Source: Solirubrobacteraceae bacterium
GTDB lineage: Bacteria > Actinomycetota > Thermoleophilia > Solirubrobacterales > Solirubrobacteraceae
Direction: 5' to 3'
Assembly: GCA_051001875.1 (NCBI GenBank)
Contig: JBPCMW010000031.1
Location: forward strand, 1 to 63,790
DNA: 63,790 bases
Shown here: positions 9,043 to 17,845 of the stretch, one piece after another
Position numbering within the stretch: the first letter of the stretch is position 1
How the letters are laid out: every line of letters starts with the position of its first letter
Program-made: the position numbers and the translations under genes
The notes under the pieces: generated by a model
Seen by the model: only the letters and a program-made list of their open reading frames with translations
Told to the model about the DNA's origin: nothing
Databases searched by the model: none

Positions 9043-9693
9043 TCAGACCGGCACGCTGCGCTCCGCCAGATGGTGCCCGACCTTGCGCTTGACGCGCTGG
9101 AGGGCGTTGTCGACGGTCTTGCAGTCGCACCCGAGCCGGCGCCCGACCTCTTCGTAGGAGTGCCCATCGAGGTACAGACCGAGCACCCGCGACTCGAGTT
9201 CGGACAGAGTGGTTGAGATGCACGCGACCAGCGCCCGCAGTTCCTCTGAGGAAATCACCTGATTGACCGGGTCGTGGACGGTCGAGCCGGGAAGCATCTC
9301 GTCCAACGTGGGCTCGTTGTCCCCACCGGAGCCTCCGGGGGTGCTCGAAAACGACACGTACTGGTTGAGCGGAGTGTGCTTGTTGCGCGTTGCCGTCTTA
9401 ACGGCGGTGATGATCTGCCGCGTGATGCACAGTTCCGCGAAGTTGCGGAAGCTCGATTCCCGATCGGTGCGGTAGTCGCGGACCGCCTTATAGAGGCCAA
9501 CGAGACCTTCCTGGATCAGGTCATCGGAATCGCCGCCGGCCAGGAAGTACGACGAGGCCTTGAGCCGCACGAATCCGTAGTAACGGCGAACGATTCGATC
9601 GTACGCGTCAGGATGTCCCTGCTTCGCAAGCGCGATCAGGAACCCATCCTCAACCTGAGGTTGAGACTGAGGACTTGCAGATAGTCGAGCCAC
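9043..9693 (-). CDS. sigH: RNA polymerase sigma factor SigH (Firmicutes sigma-H type)
   Basis: DDLIQEG..GLYKAVRDY, FAELCITRQIITAVKTATRNKHTPLN.YVS and KTVDNALQRVKRK signatures; downstream of cysS-rlmB. Confidence 0.9.
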   Translation of the reverse strand: MARLSASPQSQPQVEDGFLIALAKQGHPDAYDRIVRRYYGFVRLKASSYFLAGGDSDDLIQEGLVGLYKAVRDYRTDRESSFRNFAELCITRQIITAVKTATRNKHTPLNQYVSFSSTPGGSGGDNEPTLDEMLPGSTVHDPVNQVISSEELRALVACISTTLSELESRVLGLYLDGHSYEEVGRRLGCDCKTVDNALQRVKRKVGHHLAERSVPV

Positions 9694-9927
9694 GACACGT
9701 TCCCTTCTTGCCCCGCAGCGGCGTGCCGCGAGATCTCGGAGTTCGTGGCGCGTTACCTCCCCTGGCGCCGCACCTATTCACAATCAGGATGCGGGTTGTT
9801 GTTGCCGCACCCTTATTCAAGTCTAGCCCTAAAGCTCAAGTTGATCCTTATCTTCCGGCGCGAGCTTGACATAGCAACGCATCGCTGTCAAGCCTTGCCA
9901 TCGGCTCCTCCAGAAATCTGGAGCAGT

Positions 9928-10620
9928 TCAGCCCCGGCTGCGCGCGGCGGCGTAGAGCAGGACCGCAGCAGCCGCGCTGACGCTCAGCGACTCGATCTGG
10001 CCGCGAATCGGCAGTGAAACCAGCGCGTCGCAGGCCGACGCCACCCGGGGTCGGAGCCCGTTGCCCTCCGAGCCGAGCACCAGCACCGCGGTGCCCTTCC
10101 AGTCGACGGTGTCGTAGGCGACCGGCCCGGCAGCGTCGGCGCCGTAGCACCACGCGCCTGACGCTTTGGCATCGGCGAGGAAGTCAGCCAGGTTGCGCAC
10201 CCGAGCCACCCGCAGGTGTTCGACCGCCCCCGCCGAGGCCTTGCACACCGAGGCGGTGATCTCGGCCGAGCGTCGTTCGGGGATCACCACCGCAGTGGCA
10301 CCGGCGCACTCCGCGCTGCGGCAGATCGAGCCGAGGTTCTGAGGATCCTGGATCTGGTCGAGCGCGACGATCAACGCCGCCGGCGCTGCCAGCACATCCT
10401 CAGCCCGCGCATAGCGATATGGCTCAACCTCCGCGCAGATGCCCTGGTGGGACGGCGAGCCGGACAGGCTTTCGATCTGCTCCGAGGTGGCCGGCAGGGT
10501 GGGGACGGCGGCCGCCGCCAGCCACGGCTCTCGCAGCGTAGAGGTCGTCGCCCAGATCCGCTGCACCTGGCGAGGTCCTCGCAGCGCCTCGCGGACCGGG
10601 TTGCGCCCGTACAGGATCAC
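9928..10620 (-). CDS. rlmB: 23S rRNA (Gm2251) 2'-O-methyltransferase
   Basis: YGRNPVREAL, HQGI, DPQNLGSICRSA, KASAGA, GSEGNG and ESLSVS motifs; GTGA overlap with cysS. Confidence 0.93.
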   Translation of the reverse strand: MILYGRNPVREALRGPRQVQRIWATTSTLREPWLAAAAVPTLPATSEQIESLSGSPSHQGICAEVEPYRYARAEDVLAAPAALIVALDQIQDPQNLGSICRSAECAGATAVVIPERRSAEITASVCKASAGAVEHLRVARVRNLADFLADAKASGAWCYGADAAGPVAYDTVDWKGTAVLVLGSEGNGLRPRVASACDALVSLPIRGQIESLSVSAAAAVLLYAAARSRG

Positions 10621-11966
10621 GGCAGGGGGAGCAGCTCGGGGCCGCCCGGCCCATCTCGGACTTCCCACCCCTGCTGCCTCAGCTGCTCGCGTAGGCGATC
10701 GGCCTGCCCGAAGTCCTGGACAGCGCGGGCTTGCTCCCGCGCCTGCGCGAGCTGGCGGATCTCCTCCGGCGCGCGCTGGTCGTCATCCAACAGGTTCTCC
10801 AGGGCCAGCACCCCGAGCAGCTCACGAAGATCCCGGTCCCCGACCGCGTCGGCCGAGCGATTGGCCTCCCTGACCCAGTCGAACAGAGCCGCGAGCGCCG
10901 CCGGCGTGTTGAAATCATTCGCCAGAGCAGCGAAAAAGCGCTCTCGCAATGGACCCGACCAATCAGGCGACGGGCCCGGGGTCAGCCTGCGGCCGGCCTC
11001 GCGTACCCGCTGTACGCTCGCGGTCGCCTCGGTCAGGCGCTCGTCATCGAATTCGATCGGCTGCCGGTAGTGGCCCGAGCAGAAGTACATGATCAGGGCG
11101 TCACGCCCGTAGCTCGCCAGCGCATCGTGCAGCACGAAGATGTTCCCCACCGACTTGGCCATCTTGGCGTGATCGAGCCGTACCATTCCGTTGTGCACCC
11201 ACAGGCGAGCCAGCGGTGCATCGCGCGCAGCCTGGGTCTGCGCCGCCTCGTTCTCGTGGTGGGGGAAGATCAGGTCTGACCCACCCCCGTGAATCTCGAT
11301 ATCGACGCCCAGCAGGGCTTCGGCCATGGCCGAGCACTCGATGTGCCACCCGGGGCGGCCTTCGCCCCAGGGAGAATCCCAGGCGGAGTCCTCGTCGGGC
11401 TTCTTCGCCTTCCAGAGGGCAAAATCAAGCGGATCACGCTTACGGCCGGAACCTTCGATCCCCTCCCCCTGGTCCATGTCGTCGACCTTCCGGTGGGATA
11501 GTTCCCCGTATCGGGGGTAGGACCGCACCGAAAAGTAGACGTCCCCTTCGACCGCGTAAGCATGCCCCCGCTCAACCAAGGTTCCAATCAGCGCCACGAT
11601 CCCGGTGATCGTCTCGCTGGCAAGTGGCTCGTGATCGGGTCGCCCGAGCTCCAGGCCATCGGTGTCCACGAGGTACGCGGCGGTCATCTCCTGCGCGAGG
11701 CGTTCGCTGTCGGTGCCCGCAGCGTTAGCGGCAGCGTAGATCTTGTCGTTGATGTCCGTTACGTTCGCCACAAACGTGACCTCGTAGCCCTCGTGCTCGA
11801 GGAATCGCTTCATCAGGGAGAACACGACGAACGGACGGGCGTTGCCGACATGGATGCGCCCGTAGACCGTCGGGCCGCAGGCGTAGATCCTGACCCGGCG
11901 GCCCTCCCGGGGTTCCAGCGCCAGCACCCGTCCCGAACGCGTGTCATGCAGCGAAATATCGGCCAC
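10617..11966 (-). CDS. cysS: Cysteine--tRNA ligase
   Basis: CGPTVY, HVGNAR, DFALWK, GRPGWHIECSAM, FPHHENE, KMAKS. Confidence 0.97.
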   Translation of the reverse strand: MADISLHDTRSGRVLALEPREGRRVRIYACGPTVYGRIHVGNARPFVVFSLMKRFLEHEGYEVTFVANVTDINDKIYAAANAAGTDSERLAQEMTAAYLVDTDGLELGRPDHEPLASETITGIVALIGTLVERGHAYAVEGDVYFSVRSYPRYGELSHRKVDDMDQGEGIEGSGRKRDPLDFALWKAKKPDEDSAWDSPWGEGRPGWHIECSAMAEALLGVDIEIHGGGSDLIFPHHENEAAQTQAARDAPLARLWVHNGMVRLDHAKMAKSVGNIFVLHDALASYGRDALIMYFCSGHYRQPIEFDDERLTEATASVQRVREAGRRLTPGPSPDWSGPLRERFFAALANDFNTPAALAALFDWVREANRSADAVGDRDLRELLGVLALENLLDDDQRAPEEIRQLAQAREQARAVQDFGQADRLREQLRQQGWEVRDGPGGPELLPLP

Positions 11967-12018
11967 GGTCCGGCAACCCTAGCGTTCTGCGACGCGTCTG
12001 CCCGGGGCGGTCGATAGG

Positions 12019-13284
12019 GTGACCACGGTGCCTGGCCAGCTTCCCCACGCGCAGCGGCTGGCCGTCGTCGACGCGGCGTTCCGGTCGCTTCCGGATCGCT
12101 ATCTGGGCGCCGACCCGGACTTCGATGCGACCTACCACGTCCGGCTGTGTGATCTCGGTCACACTTGGGAGGTCCGCTGCACCAGCCACGGTGCGCGCGT
12201 GTGCAAGGGCGCGAGCCGGCGGACTCCTGACGTCACGCTATCCACCGACGCCGACACCTGGCTGCGGTTGCGCCAGGGCGAGTTCTCCGGCGTCCAGGCC
12301 TTTCAGCGCCGGCTCCTGAACGTGCGGGGAAATCTCGACTACGCCGTCGGCTTCGAGGGCATGTTCCGTCTCCCCAATGGCCGACCCCCGTTGCTGCGGA
12401 TCTATGACGTGCCGGTTGGCCGCCATCAGATCTCGACGCTGACCATGGGGGCTGGGCCGGATGTGCTGCTGCTGCACGGTCTCGGGGGCACCCGCGCGTC
12501 GCTGTTCGAGCCCGCCGCGGCGCTGAGCCGCCGCTACCGGGTCCACGCCCCTGACCTTCCCGGCTTTGGCTCCTCGAGCAAGCCGGCTCGTGGCGCGTAC
12601 AACGCTCGCTGGTACGCGGAGAACATCCTCGGTCTCATGGATCAGCTGGACATCAAGCGCGCGCACGTGGTCGGCAACTCGATGGGTGGCCGTGTGGCGA
12701 TCGAGCTCGGACTGACCGCGCCCGAGCGGATCGGCGCGCTGGGCCTGCTGTGTCCGGCGGTGGCGTGGCTACGCCGAGGCTTTCACCCGATCGTCAGGCT
12801 GCTGCGTCCGGAGTTCGGGCTTCTGCCACATGGCTTCAGGCGGGCCACCGTCGCCTCACAGTTCTGGAGCATGTTCGGAGACCGGGACGTGATCGATCCG
12901 GCCGTGGCCGATTTGATGGTCGACGAGTTCCGCCGCATCTACCAGTCCGCCGGCGCGCGTTACGCGTTTCTCGCCTCGGCTCGGAACATCTACCTCGAAG
13001 CGCCGTTCGGACGGGATGGGTTCTATCCGCGCTTGGCCGAGCTTCAGCCACCGGCCCTGTTTGTCTGGGGCACGCATGACCCGTTGGTGCCCGCCGCGTT
13101 CGGCCGTCACGTGACGAAATGGCTGCCTACTGCGGAGCAGGTCACGATCGAGTCGTGCGGGCACGTCCCGCAGGTCGAGCGGCCCGAGCAGATCAACCAG
13201 CTGCTGCTGAACTTCTTCGCGCGCGCCGAGCGGACGCTGCCGGCCGGCGCTGAGATCGCGGACGCAGACTCGCAAGCAGCCTGA
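12019..13284 (+). CDS. SCP2 sterol-carrier domain fused to an alpha/beta hydrolase
   Basis: N-terminal SCP2 pattern (PDVTLSTDADTW...AF...L.VRG); LHGLGG, GNSMGG, GHVPQVE. Confidence 0.88.
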   Translation: MTTVPGQLPHAQRLAVVDAAFRSLPDRYLGADPDFDATYHVRLCDLGHTWEVRCTSHGARVCKGASRRTPDVTLSTDADTWLRLRQGEFSGVQAFQRRLLNVRGNLDYAVGFEGMFRLPNGRPPLLRIYDVPVGRHQISTLTMGAGPDVLLLHGLGGTRASLFEPAAALSRRYRVHAPDLPGFGSSSKPARGAYNARWYAENILGLMDQLDIKRAHVVGNSMGGRVAIELGLTAPERIGALGLLCPAVAWLRRGFHPIVRLLRPEFGLLPHGFRRATVASQFWSMFGDRDVIDPAVADLMVDEFRRIYQSAGARYAFLASARNIYLEAPFGRDGFYPRLAELQPPALFVWGTHDPLVPAAFGRHVTKWLPTAEQVTIESCGHVPQVERPEQINQLLLNFFARAERTLPAGAEIADADSQAA

Positions 13285-13304
13285 TTCCGACCCCGGGAGG
13301 TCCC

Positions 13305-14243
13305 GTGGCAGAGATTGGCACCGCCACCCAGAGACGCAACGGGCACGTCGAAGCAAGCGAAGACCAGGCAAACCCCGGCGAGGCGCCCGAGCGCTCGCTG
13401 ATCAGCCGCGCCCTGCGCGAGGTGGCCCAGCAGGCCCAGCGCCGGATTCCCCGCGCTGATCTCGACGAGCGTGCTGCGGACTTCATCCGGGAGCGGCTGC
13501 CGCTGCTCTGGCTGTTCGCCAGCATCTGGTACCGGGGCGAGGTGCGAGGTCTCGGCAACATCCCGGACTCCGGCGCCGTACTGCTGGTCGGCAATCATTC
13601 CGGAGGAAACCTGACCCCGGACACGCTCGTGTTCACCCTCGCCTTCAACACCTACTTCGGGGTCGAACGAGCGTTTTTCCAGCTCGCTCACAACCTCGTG
13701 CTGTCGATGCCGGGACTTGGCCAGCTGCGAAAGTTCGGCACCGTCGCGGCGTCACCGGAGAACGCGCGCAAGGCGCTCCGCTCCGGCGCTGCCCTGCTGG
13801 TGTATCCCGGCGGTGATTACGAGGTGCATCGCCCGAGCTGGGAGGGCCGCCGCGTCGACTTCGGCAACCGCAAGGGCTTCATTCGCCTGGCTCTGGACCA
13901 GGGCGTCCCGCTCGTGCCAGTGGTTTCGATCGGAGGCCAGGAGACGGCGCTGTTTCTGAGTCGCGGCGAGGGCCTCGCCCGCCTGCTGCGGCTGGACAAG
14001 ATGTTCCGCCTGAAGGTGCTGCCGATCTCGCTGGCGCTGCCCTGGGGCCTCAACGTCGGGGACATGCTCGGCCACATCCCGGCCCCGGCCAAGATCACGA
14101 TCGAGACGCTGCCGCCGATCGATCTCGAGGCCGAATTCGGACCCGATCCCGACGTGGACGAAATCTACGACCACCTGATGCGGCTGATGCAGGAGACCCT
14201 TGACGCGCTCGCCTCCGAGCGGCGGCTGCCGGTGCTCGGATGA
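13305..14243 (+). CDS. Lysophospholipid/DAG acyltransferase family protein
   Basis: LLVGNHSGG, VYPGG, GFIRLAL...PLVPV. Confidence 0.9.
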   Translation: MAEIGTATQRRNGHVEASEDQANPGEAPERSLISRALREVAQQAQRRIPRADLDERAADFIRERLPLLWLFASIWYRGEVRGLGNIPDSGAVLLVGNHSGGNLTPDTLVFTLAFNTYFGVERAFFQLAHNLVLSMPGLGQLRKFGTVAASPENARKALRSGAALLVYPGGDYEVHRPSWEGRRVDFGNRKGFIRLALDQGVPLVPVVSIGGQETALFLSRGEGLARLLRLDKMFRLKVLPISLALPWGLNVGDMLGHIPAPAKITIETLPPIDLEAEFGPDPDVDEIYDHLMRLMQETLDALASERRLPVLG

Positions 14244-14725
14244 GGGTGCAGGCGAACACGGAGATCGCGGCGCCGATCGACGCGGTGTGGGAGATCGCCT
14301 CCGACCCTGGGCGTGCGCTCAGCTTCATGTCCGGCATGACGCGCTGGGAGGTCGTCAGCGACTCCGCGACCGGCCTCGGGGCGCGGTATCGGATGCTGCT
14401 CCGCGTGGGCTCCGCCGAGGTCGGCGGCCTGATCGAGATCGTCGAATGGGACCCCCCCTGCGACTACGCCTGGACCTCGGTCACCGGCATCGACCAGCGC
14501 GGACGCTTCCGTCTGCGACCCGCCGCTCCGCAAAAGACCCGAGTGGAGCTGCGGCTGGCGTACGGCGTCGCCGGCGCCGGACTGCCGGGGTGGCTGGCCG
14601 AGCGAATCGCCGCCCCCACGGTGCGCGGCCACCTGCGCCGCACCCTGCACCAGCTCAAGCGCCTGGTCGAGTACGAGCAGATGCGCGAGCACGCGGCGCA
14701 GCGACGGGCCGCGCGGGCCGGCTGA
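14240..14725 (+). CDS. SRPBCC family protein
   Basis: IAAPIDAVWEIASDP; ATGA overlap. Confidence 0.88.
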   Translation: MRVQANTEIAAPIDAVWEIASDPGRALSFMSGMTRWEVVSDSATGLGARYRMLLRVGSAEVGGLIEIVEWDPPCDYAWTSVTGIDQRGRFRLRPAAPQKTRVELRLAYGVAGAGLPGWLAERIAAPTVRGHLRRTLHQLKRLVEYEQMREHAAQRRAARAG

Positions 14726-14795
14726 CCGTCCGGGCTAGGCGGGGCGGCGCGAGGCGCCCGGGGTCCGGATCCGAACCGTGCCGACCTTGAGTACG

Positions 14796-15272
14796 TCACG
14801 CCTCGACAGTAACCACCGCGAGCGCCGCGGCCCCCTCCTCGCGCCCGACGAACCCCATGCCCTCGCCGCGGGTTGCCTTGACGCTCACGTGGGCGAGGTC
14901 CAATCCGACCGCCTGCGCCAGCGACGCCCGGATCCGCTCGCGCACGGGCGCCAGCTTCGGCCGCTCGATCAGCACGGTTGCGTCGACATGGCGGATCGCG
15001 AATCCCCGCTCCCGCAGAAGCGCCACCGCGGCGTTCAGCAGCTCAATCGAGTCCGCGTTCCGGTAGCGCTCATCGGTGTCGGGAAAGTGATCGCCGATGT
15101 CGCCCAGCGCCGCGGCTCCGAGCAGCGCGTCGATCACGGCGTGCGCAAGCACGTCCGCGTCCGAGTGGCCGAGGAGGCCCCGGTCGTGCTCTAGCTCGAT
15201 GCCGCCCAGCACCAACCGCCGCCCGTCGGCGAACCGGTGGCAGTCGTAGCCGATGCCGGTCGTGACGGTCAT
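14796..15272 (-). CDS. ispF: MECDP synthase
   Basis: GIGYDCH, GHSDADV..HA..DALLGA, GDIG.HFPD, VKAT..EG.GF.GR.EG. Confidence 0.97.
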   Translation of the reverse strand: MTVTTGIGYDCHRFADGRRLVLGGIELEHDRGLLGHSDADVLAHAVIDALLGAAALGDIGDHFPDTDERYRNADSIELLNAAVALLRERGFAIRHVDATVLIERPKLAPVRERIRASLAQAVGLDLAHVSVKATRGEGMGFVGREEGAAALAVVTVEA

Positions 15273-15937
15273 TGCCCGCGCTCCTCCAGCAACAGCTCGG
15301 CCACGCGTAGATCGACCGGCGTCGTGATCTTGATGTTCTCGGCCGCCCCGAGAACCACGCGCACCGTTCCGCCGCCGACCTCCACGAGCCAGGCGTCGTC
15401 GGTCGCGCTCTGCAGGGTCTGCGCCGAGGCTTCAAGCGCGCGCAGCAAAGCGCTCCGGCGGAACACCTGTGGCGTCTGCGCCGCCCACATCCGCTCCCGG
15501 TTCAGGGTCCGGGCGACCTCGCGACCATCGCCGCCGACCTCCTTGATCGTGTCCGACACCGGCATCGCCGCCACCACGGCGTCGGCACCGGAGGATTCGA
15601 GTTCGGCCAGAGCCCGCAGGAACAGCTCGGGCGCAGCCAGCGGGCGGGCCGCGTCATGCACGATCACCGGATCGCCGTCGCCGGAAGCCCGCAGAGCCGC
15701 TAGCACTGACTGCGACCGGTGCATCCCTCCAGCCACCGCAACCGTGCCGTCCGGGGCGGCGGCAAGCTGATCGCCGGGCAGCGCCACCACGATGCGCTCC
15801 ACGCAAGCCACGCCGCGGAGTGCCTGCACCGACCACTCGAGCATCGGCCGCCCCGAAACGGTGACGAGCGCCTTGGGGCGGCCGGACCCAAGGCGCTCGC
15901 CACGCCCCGCGGCCACGATCAACGCGACCGCCGCCAT
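15269..15937 (-). CDS. ispD: MEP cytidylyltransferase
   Basis: AAGRGERLG..PK, HDAARP, QTPQ.F, TDD, NIKITTP.DL. Confidence 0.96.
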   Translation of the reverse strand: MAAVALIVAAGRGERLGSGRPKALVTVSGRPMLEWSVQALRGVACVERIVVALPGDQLAAAPDGTVAVAGGMHRSQSVLAALRASGDGDPVIVHDAARPLAAPELFLRALAELESSGADAVVAAMPVSDTIKEVGGDGREVARTLNRERMWAAQTPQVFRRSALLRALEASAQTLQSATDDAWLVEVGGGTVRVVLGAAENIKITTPVDLRVAELLLEERGQ

Positions 15938-15956
15938 CTGATCCCGGGAGGCAGCT

Positions 15957-16580
15957 CTACTTCGCGGCCACGGCGACTTTGCCGTTGCCGTTCGCGGATA
16001 CCGCGGCTTTGCCGTTTCCGTTCGCCGTCGCTTTGCCGTTGCCGTGCAAGGAGCCCACGAGCAGGTTGTGGAGGTGAGCCTCGACCTCTTCCTCATTCAT
16101 CTCGAGCGCGTACATCAGCTCCGACGCAAGAATCTTCTTGGCGCGCGTGTACATCTGCTTCTCGCCCGTCGACAGGCCCTTCTCAGCCTCACGGACCGCG
16201 AGATTTCGCACCACTTCGGCAAGCTCGTAGATGTCGCCGGTCTTGATCTTGTCGCGGTTGTGCTTGAAGCGCCGGTTCCAGTTCTTGGGCATCTCCGAAC
16301 ACTCGTCCCGGAGGACGGCGAGCACCTTTTCCACCGTCTCCTCATCGATCACGCGGCGAAGGCCGGCGAGCTGTGCGTTCTCGGTCGGGACCATGACGGT
16401 CATATCGTTGTGCAGGATCTTCACCGTCAGGTATTCACGCTTCTCGCCCAGAATCTCTTTGGCTTCCTTGCGGATCACTTGCCCGGCCCCGTGATGGGGG
16501 TACACGACGTTGTCGCCGATCTCGAACTCAATGTGAGGGAGCACGACGTCGTCGAAGTCCTCGTCCAGGTGCTCTTCCAT
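15957..16580 (-). CDS. carD: CarD family RNAP-binding regulator
   Basis: F.IGD.VVYPHHGAG, NWNRRFK.N..KI..GD; acidic N-terminal and NGNGK-repeat C-terminal extensions. Confidence 0.95.
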   Translation of the reverse strand: MEEHLDEDFDDVVLPHIEFEIGDNVVYPHHGAGQVIRKEAKEILGEKREYLTVKILHNDMTVMVPTENAQLAGLRRVIDEETVEKVLAVLRDECSEMPKNWNRRFKHNRDKIKTGDIYELAEVVRNLAVREAEKGLSTGEKQMYTRAKKILASELMYALEMNEEEVEAHLHNLLVGSLHGNGKATANGNGKAAVSANGNGKVAVAAK

Positions 16581-16643
16581 TAGCTCTGTGATGGTGTCCT
16601 CCTCTTTCCTTACAGGGCGGGGCGTGCTGCCCACGCGTTTGCA

Positions 16644-17759
16644 CTACGTCTGCAGGTAGCGATCAACGAGATTGATCTCCTGCTGGCGGCGAAGTCCCTC
16701 GCGGATGTCCTTCGCCCGGATCTCGCCGACACCGTCGACGGTTTCCAGCTCGCCGTCGGTGGCGGCGAGCAGTTCCTCGAGTCCCCCGAACTCCCCGACG
16801 ATCCGCTGCACTACCAGCTTGGGCAGCCGTGGTATGCGACCCAGAATGCGGATTCCGCGTGGAGAAACGGGATAGTCAAGGGTGTTGAGCTTGCGGTCAT
16901 GGCCCAGCAGCTCGGCGAGCCGACCGAAGTCCAAGAGATCCTGATGGGGCAGGCGCACGAGCTGCTCGAACGCGGTGGCGAACAGCTCGTCGCTGTCTTC
17001 GATCAGATAGTCGTGGACGAGGGCCGTCTTGTCGGCCGACACGCCGACCATCGTCTCGTCGAGTTGCATCTCGATCAGCCGGCCCTCGGTCCCGAGCTCG
17101 ACGATGTAGCGCTCGATCTCGACCGCCATTCGCGTGACCAGCTCGGCGCGCTGGAGCACGGTGAGCACATCGTGCAGGGTTGCGCCGCCTTCGAACTCGA
17201 GTGCGGTCAGTCGGGTCGACACCTGGTCCAGTCGACTGCGGTACTTGTCGAGGGTGGCGAGCGCCTGATTGGCCTTGGCCAGCACCACCGGAATCTCCTC
17301 AAGGATGTACTTGACGCCGTCCACGTACAACGAGACGACCTCGCGCCGCTCGGAGATGGCGACCACGAGCGAGTCGGTCTGCTTGGAGACGCGCTCCGCG
17401 GTGCGATGCCGCGTCCCCGTCTCAAGCGTGAGGATCGTCGGGTCTGGCGTCAGCTGCACGTTCGCGTGGACGATCTTGGTCGCGTTGGGGTTCAGCACGA
17501 TCGCGCCGTCCATCTTGGCCAGCTGGTAGAGGAACGCCGGGGAATAGTCGAGCTCGACCTTGATCCCGCCGGAGAACAGGAATGCCAGCTCTTCCGCGTC
17601 GCCGATCACGATCAGCCCGCCGGTCCGCGCGTGGAGGATGTTGTCGATTCCTTCACGCAGCGCGGTCCCGGGCGCGACCATCTCAAGCGCCCTGACCATC
17701 CGGGACTCCTGTCGAGATTCGAGCTCATCTTTGAGCTCTTCCCCGGAACGCGACGCCAT
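16644..17759 (-). CDS. disA: DNA integrity scanning diadenylate cyclase
   Basis: APGT.LREG, KMDGA, ETGTRHRTAER and C-terminal HhH VDGVGEIRA. Confidence 0.97.
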   Translation of the reverse strand: MASRSGEELKDELESRQESRMVRALEMVAPGTALREGIDNILHARTGGLIVIGDAEELAFLFSGGIKVELDYSPAFLYQLAKMDGAIVLNPNATKIVHANVQLTPDPTILTLETGTRHRTAERVSKQTDSLVVAISERREVVSLYVDGVKYILEEIPVVLAKANQALATLDKYRSRLDQVSTRLTALEFEGGATLHDVLTVLQRAELVTRMAVEIERYIVELGTEGRLIEMQLDETMVGVSADKTALVHDYLIEDSDELFATAFEQLVRLPHQDLLDFGRLAELLGHDRKLNTLDYPVSPRGIRILGRIPRLPKLVVQRIVGEFGGLEELLAATDGELETVDGVGEIRAKDIREGLRRQQEINLVDRYLQT

Positions 17760-17845
17760 GAAGGCGTATTTTACCCGGTATTCCGCCTATCGCATGTGCC
17801 GGGTTTGTGCGGGTCGGCCAGCGAGCGTCTGGCCGCGCCGGCCGG

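Noticed and set aside
16644-17759. Cyclic-nucleotide defence system (CBASS/Pycsar)
   Set aside because: Ordinary DisA in radA-disA context; the class III cyclase at 38.6 kb has adenine-specifying residues and no adjacent effector
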